From NCBI GenBank assembly GCA_964016885.1, contig OZ024740.1, forward strand, positions 130,076,001-130,140,000: a stretch of DNA of 64,000 nt. Direction: 5' to 3'. Below the pieces are notes generated by a model. The model was not told where the DNA came from. It saw only the letters and a program-made list of their open reading frames with translations, and ran no database searches. Position 1 is the stretch's first letter; every line of letters starts with the position of its first letter. The stretch comes from Eledone cirrhosa (Eukaryota). Both the position numbers and the translations under genes were made by a program. Shown piece by piece: positions 27,202 through 41,643 of the stretch.

Positions 27202-29468
27202 TTAAGTTATTTTATAGAGAGAGAATTTAGCTTTTAGTTTGTGGTTGCAGTATAATGATCGTTCAATTCTATCGTTAAGTAGTTTGTTTTTGGATTTTAA
27301 TATGTAAAAGAGTTCAAGGTTACATAACCTGCAGTACTTCAATCCACTCCGATATGCACTTGCGCTGGAAAGTATATCCCATTTTAAGGTGAACTGTTGG
27401 TTGTGTTCACGGAGTTGCCAGGTCTTGTTGGCGAGCATGGTCACAAAACGGTGATTAGGATGTTTGATTGAGAATCCATGACGGTACCAGCGAGATTTAA
27501 ACGATGTGGTGGTAGATCCGATATAATACCATTTCTGGTCGTTCGATTCAACCGTGCATTGGTAAACAATGTTGAACTTTAGGCATTCATTCTTCAGTGG
27601 ACATCTTTCAGATAGATGGCAGTTACATTCTTTGTTGTGGGTAGCGGGTATACCATGGATAGGTTGTGATAGCGGTACAGGTGGATTGTGTAATACCCGT
27701 CTCCCATTTAGTGGTTGGGAGGCAGATATTACGTTCTGCCCATCTGTTACTAAAATGTTTTGTTTTGTAGAGTTGTTTAATTGCCTTAAGTTAAGTTTTT
27801 TTATGTATGCTTCAAGGTTTGGTGCCGTGGAGTATGATAGTCTAATAGTTTTAGAGTTCAGAATTTTGCTGTATTTATGGGAACTAGGGAAATGTTTGTT
27901 GATTAACTTAAAGAATGAAAGAGATAGTTTTGTACTAATCGAGGCATTAAAAATAGGATTGTACCAGATATACTTTCTACAACGTGATTTATTTGGTGGT
28001 GATTTTCTATTATTAGTATGTCTGGTAGTACTGTGTGTGTGCGCTTGTATTTTAGTCCCCCGGTTACGTATTCCTTGATTTCGTGTAGAGCTATGTGTGT
28101 TATGAAAATTCCTATCAATGTATTCTATTGTATCCCGGTGGTCGGCATTCCTTAATGCATGATTGTAGTATTCAGCGTATTCACTAACAATATCAGAGTT
28201 AGACGATAGGCGAGAGATTCTAAGAGAAATACTCCGGGGAACTGATTTGATCATGGAGAGTGGGTGGTTAGAGTTAAAGTTAATATACGTAAGGTTCTCA
28301 TTCCCCTTGTGGAAGGGTCGTATCTGTCCGGTATTTAAATTAAGAGTTACGTCCAGAAGGTTTACTACTTTAAGATTGTATTCGTATGTTATTTTTAGAC
28401 CCAGTTCACTAAAAGATTTTCTAATATTTTTCCGTAGCCTTTCAAGATTTTGGTTATTTAAGTTATTAACTAATAAGAGCCCGTCATATCTGTATATCCC
28501 CCCCCCTGTAGATTACTAAATGTACTATGTAATATGTGGGCTATGTAAATTCCCACGAGATCCGTGACCTCCGCTGAGTTGTTGGAACCCATGGTAATGT
28601 CGAAATTTGTGGGTCTGTCCTTACGTTCCCAGTAGCAGTTATGAAACTTAATAATGGTTTTTCTAGCCTCGAGAATAATATTAATTTCGTCCTCCGTTAG
28701 GTCGGAATTTACCTTAGCAAACGATAGGGCCTTACGTAAAGAGCTTGGTGAGATGGAAGAGTAGTATTCGTCTATGTCAAATTGTATAAACTTAGATGTA
28801 TTCTTATCGTTAACGTTATTAAACCAGCGAATTGCTTCGCTAGTGTTGCCCCATAATTTAATTTCAATTTTCTTTTTCATTTGAGTTATTACTCTGTTAA
28901 GTATATGTTTGCTAATTTTTCTATGTCTGATTTAGAAGGGCATATAAGTCTAATCTTAGGATTAGAGTCAAAATGTACCTTATGGTCCTCCAGGTTGAAG
29001 GTGTGGGTAGCGGGTATAATCGGCTCGGTTCTATCGTCTATCTTGAGATTCTTCACCACTTTATATGCCTCGTTGTTAATATTTGCTAGCGTAGTTTCAT
29101 TTGTTTTTCTATATATTTTGTGTAGTTCGTTGCGTATGAAGTTATTGTACGTATCGATATCCATGGTATATACGTTAGAGGTCTTGTCAGCTTTCACAAC
29201 AATTCCATTGGTATTTTGCAATCTATGGAGTAGTGCTTTCATGTTGTTCTGCAGCTCATTATTTCTATGTTTGTTGAACTTAATGTTCATGGTCGTTTTC
29301 ATTAAATCTTGTTCGAAAGCATCGAGATGAGGGTTTGTGGGTGGGTTTTACATGATTTAAAACCATATGATTCAGACGAGTGACTGGCGCGTCCTTTATC
29401 GAAATGGAAAGCTTTCCATCGTACACGCCGAATGAAGTCGTTATTGCGTTGAATAATACAAAGAATAT
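27202..29468 (-). pseudogene. PLE RT-GIY-YIG ORF, frameshifted
   Basis: ORFs 29302..29505, 28889..29302, 28470..28880 and 27202..28254 form one colinear protein. Confidence 0.88.
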
Positions 29469-29538
29469 ATTCCCTTCTGTACTCTATCTTCCCCAACAAC
29501 CCCACTTAAGGGTATTTACATTGTACATTTTACCATTC

Positions 29539-29650
29539 TGCTCTGAGGATACAGTGGTCACAGAATTGGAAATTTGTGTTCTGCAAATACTTGTAAATTT
29601 TCACATAGCATAACTAGGCTGTAGTACCACCGTGGAAACATTTGTAAGCA
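29539..29650 (+). ncRNA. Type I hammerhead ribozyme (inverted copy)
   Basis: TGCT, CTGAGGA, tacagtggt...accaccgtg, GAAA, catttg, TA, AGCA. Confidence 0.8.
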
Positions 29651-29697
29651 CACGGAATAAACTACCTTTTTATGATGACTACCTGTTATTATTCATT

Positions 29698-29842
<145 letters not shown>

Positions 29843-30016
29843 AATGTATAATAAACAATACAATATAATTACCTCATTACCAGAGGTTTCCCGAATAAGA
29901 CGAATACGAAAAACGTCCTCATTCGTTCATTGGACAAGGCAAATTTACCTCAGGTACTTACATAGAGCACTCTTCACTCCTATGACTTTTTCAATTTTCA
30001 ACGGAAACTTGAATAC

Positions 30017-30051
<35 letters not shown>

Positions 30052-32301
30052 TTATTTATTATTGATGACTATATTGTAAAATCAGGCATAAATCTACAGG
30101 GTTAAGTAACAGAGATCCAATGGTATAACATTATATTGTGAATTAAAACAAAGAATTTTAATAACTGAACTGAACTTAATGAGCTAGTTACCCCCCCCCC
30201 CCCCCCCTTACGAATTAGCTCCCCTTTTTCACATCCGGAAATTAACGATTGAAAAGTTAACGGTTGATCAAATATAGTCTATGAATATGAATTCATTCAG
30301 ACTAATTCATAATACTTTGCTCTAACTAACTTAAACACTCATTATAAATACCAAGTAAAGTTTATTTCAACATATGTCATGGAAAAGTTTGCAAAAACTG
30401 TATGTTTCTCAACTCACATTAATTCGAGCACCATAAACATCCAACACCCACCATAGACACTAATACATTAACACAATTGCTGTAACTGCAGTATTTATTC
30501 TTCTATATATGCATAATAGCTTTGCTTGTATCCTTCTCATGTATATGACCTACGCAGTCACAATATCCACACGCATGCATATGAATTGTTATCGCACTCT
30601 TCCGTTCTGAAAACTGTTTCCTCAATGCCTCTTTAATATTTGGACTGTTCCCTTGTTTTAACTGTTGCGTGTATTCCACCCCGTTCTTTTGATTTTGATA
30701 TTGGTTTGGATTTAATTTTGATTTTGATTTTAATTTGAACTTGAATGCTTGTACAATTATGCTACAATTCTCGTAAAATATATGTCGCATCCATCCCACA
30801 CTGTAAATACGAAACTGTTGCTCACAACACCAATTTATATGTATCTATATTATTGTTCAGTTGAATAGGAGGTGAATTATATGTGCAAACATTGATAACG
30901 CTCCGAACTCCAAACGAGAGTTTGGCAGTAACGATTGTCAGCTATTAAATGATTTCAACACAACTTTGATAATTGTATAATTTATTGATTTAACTGCTCT
31001 GTAAAATAACTGATGTTCATACATTGAGCTATTTCCCTTACTGGTAATAAGGTTATTAAACAATTACTGACCTTCCTGTTTGTGGTTGTTTATACTATAT
31101 ACGTAACTACAAATATTATTATTATGATTATTATTATTGTGTGTGTGTATGTGTGTGTGCGTGTGTGTATAAAGGTATACGCACTTTGATTACCTGTAGG
31201 GGCAATATCTATTATAATGCTGTTCCATTGTTGAACAAATATTTTTGGAGTCCCCCTCTCCCTATATATATATATATAGTAATAATAATAAATTTGAAGA
31301 CTAAAATCCAAAGAGGGCTCGATAAGGATAAATATATATCAAATATATAAGAACCGTAGATCAAATATGTTATGTTATGTTTAAATATGTTATGTTTATA
31401 CCGTTACTTATTTGTATAGGTAAATATATATTACCTGTATGTTTTGTGATGGTACGTATACTTTCTCGTATGTATATTTGCTTGTATATATTATGGCGTA
31501 TATAATATATATACTGGTACATGTGGATTTTGTAATGTGTATACGTGAGTTTTGTGTCTGTGTGAGTATGCGGGTTCGTAGGTGTGTAGGTTGTTTGTAT
31601 ATGTGTACTTTGTGTTTTGGTTGACGTGGTCTGCTAACATATGTGTATTTACATGTAGGTATGTGTGTGCTCGCGTTATATGTAGGTATGTATGTGTGTA
31701 TTTTTTAAACGTATATTTAATTATATGTATACACGCACACACACACACACACACACATATATACATATATATTTTTTATGTATAATTTTATGTGTATTTG
31801 GTGTATACGTTCGTTTGTGTGCGGGTACAGGCGTTGCGGGGTTATGTATGTGCGTGCGTGTTTTTTTGTGTACGTGCTTGTATTTGCATATCCATGGCGA
31901 GTGTTTTCGCATATTCTTGTATATGTACGTATATGGATGCGTGTATATATTTAATTTCAATTATCTCTGTATTTTATTTACATTATTCTTAACATTCAAG
32001 CCGAGAATCATTCGGTTTCCTAAATAGAATATTAGTCTACGACTTCATTTATACCATAAACGTGGTTTTGTCTCTGCTTGTAATTGTTTTCACCGTTCCA
32101 AATAATGACGTATTATCTTCGTTTTTTTCCGTTCTTTTCCACGGAACGTTTCCACGAATCAAAGTATCGTCTTCCTGTCTTCCTTCGGTTGCAAAGTTTT
32201 TTGAAATATTTACTTCTGCGTTCACAGATTGACTTTGTTAGTTTCAGAAGATCCCGTTAAGGATGAAAGCAGAGATTCTTTTCTTAAACTTTAATTTGTT
32301 A

Positions 32302-32338
<37 letters not shown>

Positions 32339-32670
32339 TATATGTACTTGGCGCAGCGTGGATAAAACGCAAATATGTTAATTTATTTGTGAGATATTGT
32401 AGTAATATTAAATATAAGACTGAGGGAAAGATCTTCACTTACCTGGTTTTCCGTAATAAGTCGCCATAAATTTTCTGTTCTTACGGAAGTAAGGGGGAAA
32501 CGAGATCTTGAAGAGTGACATAATATTGATACCAAACGAGAACTTAGGATAATTACGTCGTGCAACTTCCTGTATCTTGAGGCACATCAGTATCTACGAA
32601 ACAAAACGAGTTACGATTTGAAGGTCTGCACAATAATAATACCGTAACATGGTTTGTTTTTATATATATA

Positions 32671-32771
32671 CAGGGTGTCCGCAAAACATGTATACACACT
32701 TCAACAACGTTATAATAAACATTGCCTGTACATGTAATCAAGATGTGTATACATTGTCTTGCGACACCCTG
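32671..32771. mobile_element. Tc1/mariner-type MITE
   Basis: Imperfect terminal inverted repeats CAGGGTGTC...TGTATACACA / TGTGTATACA...GACACCCTG, flanked by TA. Confidence 0.8.
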
Positions 32772-32847
32772 TATATATACATATATATATGTGTCTATAT
32801 ATATATATATATTTGCGTTTTATCCACACTGCGCCAAGACCCCCCCC

Positions 32848-32880
<33 letters not shown>

Positions 32881-32949
32881 GTGTGTGTGGGGGTGTGGGT
32901 GTACTTGGTGTGGGTAGTAGAGGCCGGATACTAAATTGAGTGTTACGGC

Positions 32950-34200
32950 CATGAAGGTAGCTGTTTTTCTATTATCGTCTATATGTAAGCTGAGGCTCTT
33001 TTTAACAATTTAATCCTAGTTGCCATGCTGTTACTGTGTTGAGTATAGTAAGCAGAGCATCGTAGCGGTAAATACTACCGCCTAACGCTGAAATCTCGTA
33101 TTTCTGGTTTCTGAGAATGTAGATGCCCACAAGGTCAAAAGCCCCTGTCGAGTTGCTTGATTCCATCGTCATGTTAGAAATGTCTGGCCATTCTTTCCTA
33201 GTTCACAATTCACCGTCAAACCAATTAGTATTTTCCCGCGACAGTGAATAATGTTTATTTCATCACTAGTTAAATCATTTTAGCTACGTGCAAACATAAG
33301 TGCTTTATTATGTATTACCTTAGTAATGGACGCATAGTATTTACAGGTGTCTAGTTGAATAAAATTAGTCCTAACTTTGCTCTGCAGGCAGGCTGCTGAA
33401 CCACTCAATTACGTCTCCCGTCCTGGAGCATTGCTGCAATTTCGTTTAACCTCTTTTTTTAACATCTGGTATTATCCTGTCCAGCATTATTTTGCTTATA
33501 CACCCGACGTCAGACTTTGGTGGTACGATAAGTCTGAGTGGGAGTTCCGTTTAGATATTTGGTTTGTGATATTTCAGCAAAATACGGGTTCCCCTGAGTT
33601 TGTATAGTTCGGTTCTATCAACAATATTAAGCTTAGATACCATGCTATTAATCTGTTTGTTGATCTCGTCAAGCTTAGCCTGCGATGTTTTCATGCAATT
33701 TTTTCGAAGTTCCTTTAGAATTAATTTCTTATATGTTGTTGCATCCATGTTGTAGAGGTTACCCGTCTTTTCCGCATGAACAAGAATTCCACCCGGGCCT
33801 TTAAGTGTAGAAATTCTATTTGGTAGTTTCCTGAAGTGAGACTATTCCGTAGATAGGTACCTACTGAAGTTTACACCTGATATAATAAGGCCATATCTTT
33901 CACAAAACCATCCATAAGATTGTTTTGTGTAGGGTTTTTCTTAGATTTAAAACCGAACGTAGTATCTGGGTTGCCAGTATTTACATCATTCGCAAGAGAT
34001 TTCCTATCGGAATCGAATGCTCTCTCCCGCATTCTGCGTATAAAGGAGTCTAATTTAAGGATTGGCTGTCTAGTGTACGCCTTTTTGTTGGGAGAGTGAA
34101 TGTCATTTAGAGACTCGGAGAGGCTGAATGATTGCATCATATGTTCAGCTGCTTAGTCTCAAATTACTGAATAGTATTGGAGCTGTATGTGTTCAGAAGA
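32950..34200 (-). mobile_element. Decayed PLE related to 26545-29700
   Basis: Motifs FIRRMRERAF, FGFKS, FIQLD..KYYASI, TMESSNS..FDLVGIY and IYRYD. Confidence 0.82.
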
Positions 34201-34352
34201 GATTATTTTGGTAAAAAGATGAGTAGGCTGGAGAAAGCTCTTTACATTCGTAGTTTATAGTTACAATGGAGATTCGGTATAATAATACCGTTAAGAAAAA
34301 TGATGTTACATAAATCGTTTATTCATAATAATTATTTTTACGGTTCTATATA

Positions 34353-34453
34353 TAGGGTGTCCCTAAAAATATGAATACACACTTCAGCAGTATTCTTATA
34401 AATATTGCCTGTACAGGTAATTCAAAGTATGTATACATTTTTGGGATACCCTT
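34353..34453. mobile_element. Second copy of the MITE
   Basis: Same termini and the same internal attgcctgtaca as 32671-32771. Confidence 0.75.
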
Positions 34454-34550
34454 TCTATATCTTACAAAGATGATATTCCTGAAGCCTTCGTTTGTTCCCC
34501 TGTCGTTTCTATTTGGATTGCCTTGGGAACATAACCATATTATGTAAGAA

Positions 34551-34622
34551 GCTGTCTGATGAGAGTATAGCACTGGATACGCGGAATCGCGCGGCCACTG
34601 TTGTAATCGAAGTATGTATTGC
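34551..34622 (+). ncRNA. Decayed hammerhead-like motif
   Basis: CTGATGA, gagtatagca...tgttgtaatc, GAAG. Stem I is lost. Confidence 0.35.
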
Positions 34623-34674
34623 AACCTTGTCAATAATGGACTTTAACACCTGAAATTACTTCGCATGTTCTTAT

Positions 34675-34844
<170 letters not shown>

Positions 34845-34935
34845 TTAAAGATTTGGAATCCGACGGTTGAGCTTCTGCCGTTCCAACATCTAGATCCTAA
34901 TATATTACTCACTCTACTACACCAAGTATCGAGAA

Positions 34936-35212
34936 ATAATAATACTTGTGTCTACTATTGGCACAAGGCCAGCAATTACCCAGTACATTTCTGGTACTTT
35001 ATTTTATCGACCACGTAAGGATAAAAGGCAAAGTTAAATAATGATTTCTTATATAGGTCCATGACCAGTAATTTTGGTGGAGGGGAAAGTCGATTAAATC
35101 GACCCCAGTACGTTACTGCTGCTTTATTTATTTCGGTGGGATTTGAACTGATACCGTAAAGGACCGTAACTTTACGCTGCAAAGCATGGTGTCGACCGAT
35201 ACTGTCAATCCA
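34936..35212 (-). mobile_element. Composite SINE (two 3' ends in tandem)
   Basis: Minus strand shows the head and B box cagttcaaatcc, a first tail ending gaaatcattatt, and then a second core plus tail. Confidence 0.7.
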
Positions 35213-35990
35213 CCGTTTAGATCCAGTCATGTAGATCTCATTGTGTACAATTTGCGCAGCAGATACCTTTGGATCATACGCAAAGGTCTACTTGTCATAA
35301 AATATCGCCAGTCTAAAACCTAAAGAATGAAAACAGTGTAATTGTTGTATCAATGAAAACTTTAAAATACACACAAGTTCATGAAATGAAACAGCCAGTG
35401 TGCTGCTAGTTCAGCACGTAATATTAAGCGGGATACAAACAAATCCATATTCAACCTGGTACAATACTGTTTCAATTCATTTTGAAATATGCTAGTCAAC
35501 GATTAATAATAATTCTATAACCTGGAAGTTTCAGACAATGGAAATCCCATCGGCCAGCAGTCAAATGAAAGATTTCTGAAAATCGATATTCCTACTAAAT
35601 GTTCATGTCGGTGCCGATACTCCACGTGTAGCATTAACTGCTACTCTGTCACCAAATGTCAGCAACCGTGCCCGACTGGCTGCTGTTGTGGGTAAAGCTT
35701 AATATAGAAGCATAACGTCACCAATGTGAAGAGTTCGACCCTGGTCAAACAATAAATAATGGTGAAGTTATATATATATATATATATATATGCAGAAGTT
35801 ATATTTAATTTCTTGGGATTCCAACAAACTTAAAACGCTATTCAGCAAATTTTCAACGGTCAAGGTTGTTTTCCATTGCTATGTCACTATTTATAAACAA
35901 ATTTTGTGTTTTATCTTATGAAAGCGCAGTAAGTCTGCCTTGGTTGCGCTTGAAATATATATAATAAAATAATTATGGTTTTATTATATA

Positions 35991-36171
<181 letters not shown>

Positions 36172-36175
<4 letters not shown>

Positions 36176-37313
36176 CAAGAATGTACGTCCATAGATTCAT
36201 TTGATAAAATATATACAGTATTCCTCTCCCAATCAGCATAATCAACCACACAAAAAAATCAATTAAACAAGGCTATCAGATTAAAAGGCACCTATGAAGA
36301 AACAATATATAAATAAACGATGGCTATTTTATTTGCGATCAGCGGCCACAGATTATTTACCCAGTATTTCTAATGGCCCATGGAAATCGATTAAATATAT
36401 AGCCAATCCATACACAATTACGTACAAAATCAAAGTTAGAAGAAAAAATGTATATAAGCATACCACAATTATGTCTCTACCCCATGAAGTTTCATTCGCT
36501 TTTTCGAAATATCCGACCATGGATAAATTCACGAGTTTCGAAATCATCAGGAAACAAACTCAATGGACAAATATTTATCTTAAATGATCCCCGCCAGAAA
36601 TTAATTCAAAATGGCTAAGAACTGTGACGTGGCTAGTGGTCAAGTCAGAAAGTTTGTGATTGGTGCCTTACGGCATGTGGGCTTGTTGCTAGAAAGCGCA
36701 GCCGAATACTGCCTAAATTGTTTCTCAACCATATGGGAGATTATCAAATATATAGATTTACATATACATAAACTAGACAGAGCCATATATATATATATAT
36801 GTTTTTGGCAACCATTCACGGTGTTGCTCAACGACGAATTAATTAATTAAATAATCAACAATCAGAGCAATATACAAGAAAGTACGTCCCTAGAATCATT
36901 TTATAAAATATATACAGTATTTCCTCTCTCAATCAGCATAATCAACAAACAAAAAATCAATTCAACAAGGCTATAATATTAAAAGGCATCCATGAATATA
37001 CAATAGATAAATAAACGATGGCTATTTTATTCGCGATCAACAGCCACCGAATATTTACCCAGTATTTCTAATAGCCCTTGGAAATCGATTAGACATATAG
37101 CCAATCCATACACAATTAGGTACAAAGTCAAAGTTAGAAGAACAAATCTATATAAGCATACCACAATTATGTCTCTACCCCATGATATTTCATTCGCTTT
37201 TTGGAAATATCCGATCAATGATAAATTCATGAGTTTCGAAATCATCAGGAAACAAACTCAATTGGACAAAGACATATATATCTATGGTTCTGTCTAGTTT
37301 ATGTATATTTAAA

Positions 37314-37315
<2 letters not shown>
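36172..37315. repeat. ~400-bp direct repeats about 700 bp apart, plus a short inverted copy
   Basis: ~36172-36571 matches ~36871-37270. ~36752-36790 is the reverse complement of ~37278-37315. Confidence 0.85.
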
Positions 37316-37384
<69 letters not shown>

Positions 37385-37408
37385 GTAAAAACATAAATTA
37401 TCGAGATT

Positions 37409-38320
37409 CGCATTTCGGCCCACAAAATAACGAAAAACAACCTCCGAGATGTGAGGCAATTGCTCAATGATTCAGATGAATCAGAGCTATAACAAACGTT
37501 AAAGGCCTAACACACTGAGATGATGGTTAAACAATTATTCGCATAGCCAAAAAAAGCGATCAAGTAATTCGGGTATTGAAAATCTACCCGGACCCCTGGA
37601 AGGTTGGTAAAATCCAGTATTTGGGTCTCTGCGGCTCCTAAATCAAGTACCGTCCGCTTACATAAATAATGTCACGCTTCTGGTAAGATGATTGAACAAG
37701 GGAGCCACTTTCTCAACAGGTTTTAGTTCAATGTTAATACAAGGACTGACTATTGCTGACTCAACGTGGGGATCGGCAAGGGAGGCAGCCCCTATATCAG
37801 GCGAATAAATTCAGTTGTGTATATTTTTGCAAGAATGCGAAAACATCACAAATCGAATAGAGATCTCAACAGAAGGGTTAAAATTAACATAAGCTATTCA
37901 TCAGTCAATAGAATCAACTAAAACATCAAGAAAATTAACTGGTCAATAGCTAGAGTCTGGAGATAAATACAAACATAAATTATCAAGTTTCGCAATTCGG
38001 CCCACGAAATAACGAAAAACAACCTCCGAGATCGGAGGCAAGTGCTCAATGATTCAGATGAACCAGAGCTATAACAAACGTTAAAGACCAAACACACTGA
38101 GACGATGGTTAAACAATGATTCGCATAGCCAAAAAAAACTATCAAGTAATTCGGGTATTGAAAATGTACCCCGACCTCTGGAAGGTTGGTAAAATCCAGT
38201 GTTTGGGTTTCTGCGGCTCCTAAATCAAGTACCATCCGCTTACATAAATAATGTCAGGCTTCTGGTAAGATGATTGAACTAGGAAGCCACTTTCTCAACA
38301 GGTTTTAGTTCAATGTTAAT
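37409..38320. repeat. ~330-bp direct repeats directly upstream of a PLE
   Basis: ~37409-37738 matches ~37990-38320. Both end caggttttagttcaatgttaat. Confidence 0.88.
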
Positions 38321-39337
38321 GGGCTCTAGTCTGTCCGGCATACTTGCGATCTCGTACATGGACCACCTGGAACGCAAGGCACTCAATACCTGCCAACCCA
38401 ACGCCGTCGCCTTCTACTCCAGATACGTTGATGACATCCTGATACTTACTTCTTCCCGGGAGATGGCGAATGAAATTCACCAAATCTTCGACGATACTGA
38501 CCATCACGTCGATTTCACCATCGAACACCCAGGAGAAGACGGGTCACTCGCCCTCCTCGACTTCCGTATCAACATCTCGGAAGAAGGAGACATAAACACC
38601 ACCTTCTACCGCAAAGCAGCGTGCAAGGACTTATTTGTGCATTATAACTCAGCCCTCCCCAACAACGCTAAGAGAGGCTATGTCCTAAATGAATTGACAC
38701 GGATCACTAACAGATGCAGCGACCCGATGGGTGGTCTCACCCATACCACGCAATTCCGTAATCTACTCAGATCTAATGGTTATCCCAAGCGACTGATTAA
38801 CGGAATTAGAGACCCCAGACCCAATAGACAGACACCCACTAGAAAATTAAATAATAGCAGGTGCTTCTTTAAAATCCCCCACCTGAGTGCATATACCACG
38901 AACGCCATCCGCAGGGCCATACGGACGGAGGGACTTGACATACATTTGGCCCACACAGGACCTTCGCTGCGAAGATGCCTCTCCAACAAACCCGACGAGT
39001 CAGATGGGACGTGTTCCATCAGCAACTGCCCGATACAGATTGCCTACGCACCTATTTCGTATATAAGATTCAATGCGATAAATGTAACAAGTTTTACATA
39101 GGTAGCACCATCCGACCCCTACATGTTCGTATCAAGGAACATATCAACACCAACGCATCTTCCTTCCGTAAACACATCCTTAAATGCGGAAACCCACAGG
39201 GTAGACCCTTGGTCACAGTCCTAGCGACTGAACGCAGCATCGGATCCTTAAGGATAAAGGAAGCACTTGTTATTAAGAACCTCAGACTCCCACTTAACAA
39301 CCGGGCTGAGAGAAATGAGCTGACATGGCTAACTTAA
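38313..39337 (+). pseudogene. PLE RT-GIY-YIG ORF, one frameshift
   Basis: ORFs 38313..39101 and 38975..39337. Confidence 0.88.
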
Positions 39338-40175
39338 CCATAGTGACCATTCACAACCTACGGCCTGCTATCTTCACACACACGCACGTATATGCATACC
39401 CATACGCATACACACACACATCTATATTTATATACGCACACATGTTTTTACAACCTACCACCTTTCACACCCTTTGATTTCCAGCTTCTACAGCCCACTA
39501 TCTTTCACACACACACACACTCACACATATACACACACAGTTACACACACATGTATACCCATACGCTTACACACACACATCTATATTTATACACGCACAC
39601 ATGTTTTACAACCTACCACCTTTCACACCCTTTGATTTCCAGCTTCTACAGCCCACTATCTTTCACACACACACACACTCACACATATACACACTTACAC
39701 TTATACACACACAGTTACACACACATATATATTTACACACACATATCTTACGGCTTTCACACGCTAGCGCACCCTCTTGATTTAACCCATTTGGTCAGTA
39801 GCTTTTGCCACAGCCTATCACGCGCACGCGCATTCTTTCCCTCGTTTAAATTTTAAATAATTTTCTCCCCATAACGGCATTCCTGTCTTAACGACATCAC
39901 AACTTTCTCCGCTTGGCATGTTCCCCCCCCTTTTGGAACTGTTCCCCCGTTGATGGGCGTGAGCCCGAAATATTGGGATTAAATCTCCACTACGGTAACC
40001 CTTCTACCTTTGTTTTGTTTTCATCTTTGTCTCTCTCAATTTTCACTTTCACCTGTTTTTCCTATCTATCTTTCACTTCCTACCTCGAGATTTCCCTCTG
40101 CATTGTTGTGGCTTTCTTAACTACGTATTTTACACATTTCACAATGCTTCAAGCAAACTTTAACACCCTCTTATA
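38319..40175 (+). mobile_element. 5'-truncated Penelope-like element (RT + GIY-YIG)
   Basis: Motifs MGSSLS..LA..YM, YSRYVDDI, LLD, FYRK, NGYP and VYKIQC..C..YIGST.R.L..RIKEH. The 3'UTR has ~160-bp tandem CA-rich repeats and ends at (TA)n. Confidence 0.9.
39944..39977 (+). ncRNA. Decayed minimal hammerhead in the PLE 3'UTR
   Basis: CCC, CCGTTGA (two changes from CTGATGA), T, GGGC gtga GCCC, GAAA, ta, TT, GGG. Confidence 0.5.
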
Positions 40176-40907
40176 TATATGTATATATATATATATATGT
40201 ATTCTTCTCCCCATTTTTTCACATATATTTACCTAAACTGCGATTCTTTTTTTTTTCTCTCTCTCTCTCTTACTGCTCCCTCGCTCTCTCTGTTTCTCCT
40301 ACTTTCTTTCGCCCCCTCTGTCATGTCAGTTAACTCTTCCTCACACTTCCACTCATTCACTCACTGTTTCTCCTATTCCCACTTTACCCCGTTCGCGACG
40401 TTTATAGTGTAGTGTTCACAAATTTGTTTACGGTGTGTCAGACATATTTGACCAGTGTAGAGCTTCATAGCCACATTTATATTTACAAAAACAAATTAGA
40501 TTGTGTTACACTGGTGGTAGATGATAATTTAAATGTTGAAAACTAATCAAATAAATAGGCGTACACAGCGTAACATATGTAATCCATAGTGAAACCAGGG
40601 ATGTGTCTAGCGTAATAGGTTTTAATGTTGTCATAAGGGAGAACGCGATACAAAATATCGGAAATTTATGCAACGCACCATGCAGCAACTTGTTAAATAT
40701 ATCCAATACCAACCCAAATCAAGTAAAATAACTTAAAAGCTACTAATATCGAAGTCGGTTTTACAAAACTAATTTAAAATTCCTGAACTCTACAAAATTA
40801 AAACTCTATATATAATTTGGGCTTACTGAACTAATTTCTTCTCCACAGTTGCTGGAAATTTGCATATATCTAAAAACATTAGGCTCATCTTTGAAACTGT
40901 ATTATCA

Positions 40908-41063
40908 TCTATCGGTAGAGGGACATACACCATGCTTTGACGCATAGAGTTACGGCACTTGCCTTTCTGAGTTCTAATCCCGCCGAGGTTAACTTTTTTT
41001 TTTCATCCTTACGGGGTCGTTAAAATAAAGTACCAGTTGCGCCAGAAGTAGAAACAATTATTA
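40908..41063 (+). mobile_element. SINE copy with an internal deletion
   Basis: Matches 6129-6335. Confidence 0.82.
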
Positions 41064-41156
41064 TCTACCCTATAGTGATGGTTAAACGGTGTGGTTAGAT
41101 TTCGCGAAAATAGTTTAGTATAAAATGTTGTAAATTTAAAGTGAATTAAACACATT

Positions 41157-41235
<79 letters not shown>

Positions 41236-41503
41236 GTGTGTGTGTGTGCATGTGCGCGTGTGTGTGTGTGTGCATATGTGTGTGTGTGTGTGTGTGGGTA
41301 GCTGTAGGTTAACAATTGTGTATGTGTATTTACACTTTTTACAGGCTATCCCTTGTAGTTGCTTCATGTGTTTATTTTATATGTATGTCAATCGGCTTTT
41401 AATTGAATGTTAATAAATGTTCGGATTTATTACTTAGAATATTTGAGCTTATTCCACAGATGATATGCCTCGGAGTGGAACTTTCTAAGTTCCAATCTCA
41501 TTG

Positions 41504-41525
41504 TCAATTGTGACTGAACGTTCTT

Positions 41526-41593
<68 letters not shown>

Positions 41594-41612
41594 AAGAACG
41601 TTCAGTCACAAT

Positions 41613-41615
<3 letters not shown>
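41504..41615. repeat. Perfect palindrome centred on (TA)n
   Basis: tcaattgtgactgaacgttctttatta, (TA)n, taataaagaacgttcagtcacaattga. Confidence 0.95.

Positions 41616-41643
<28 letters not shown>

Noticed and set aside
27569-28078. Long antisense ORFs over retroelement genes (also 48776..49219, 52189..52767, 55003..55512)
   Set aside because: They are shadow frames with no independent motifs.
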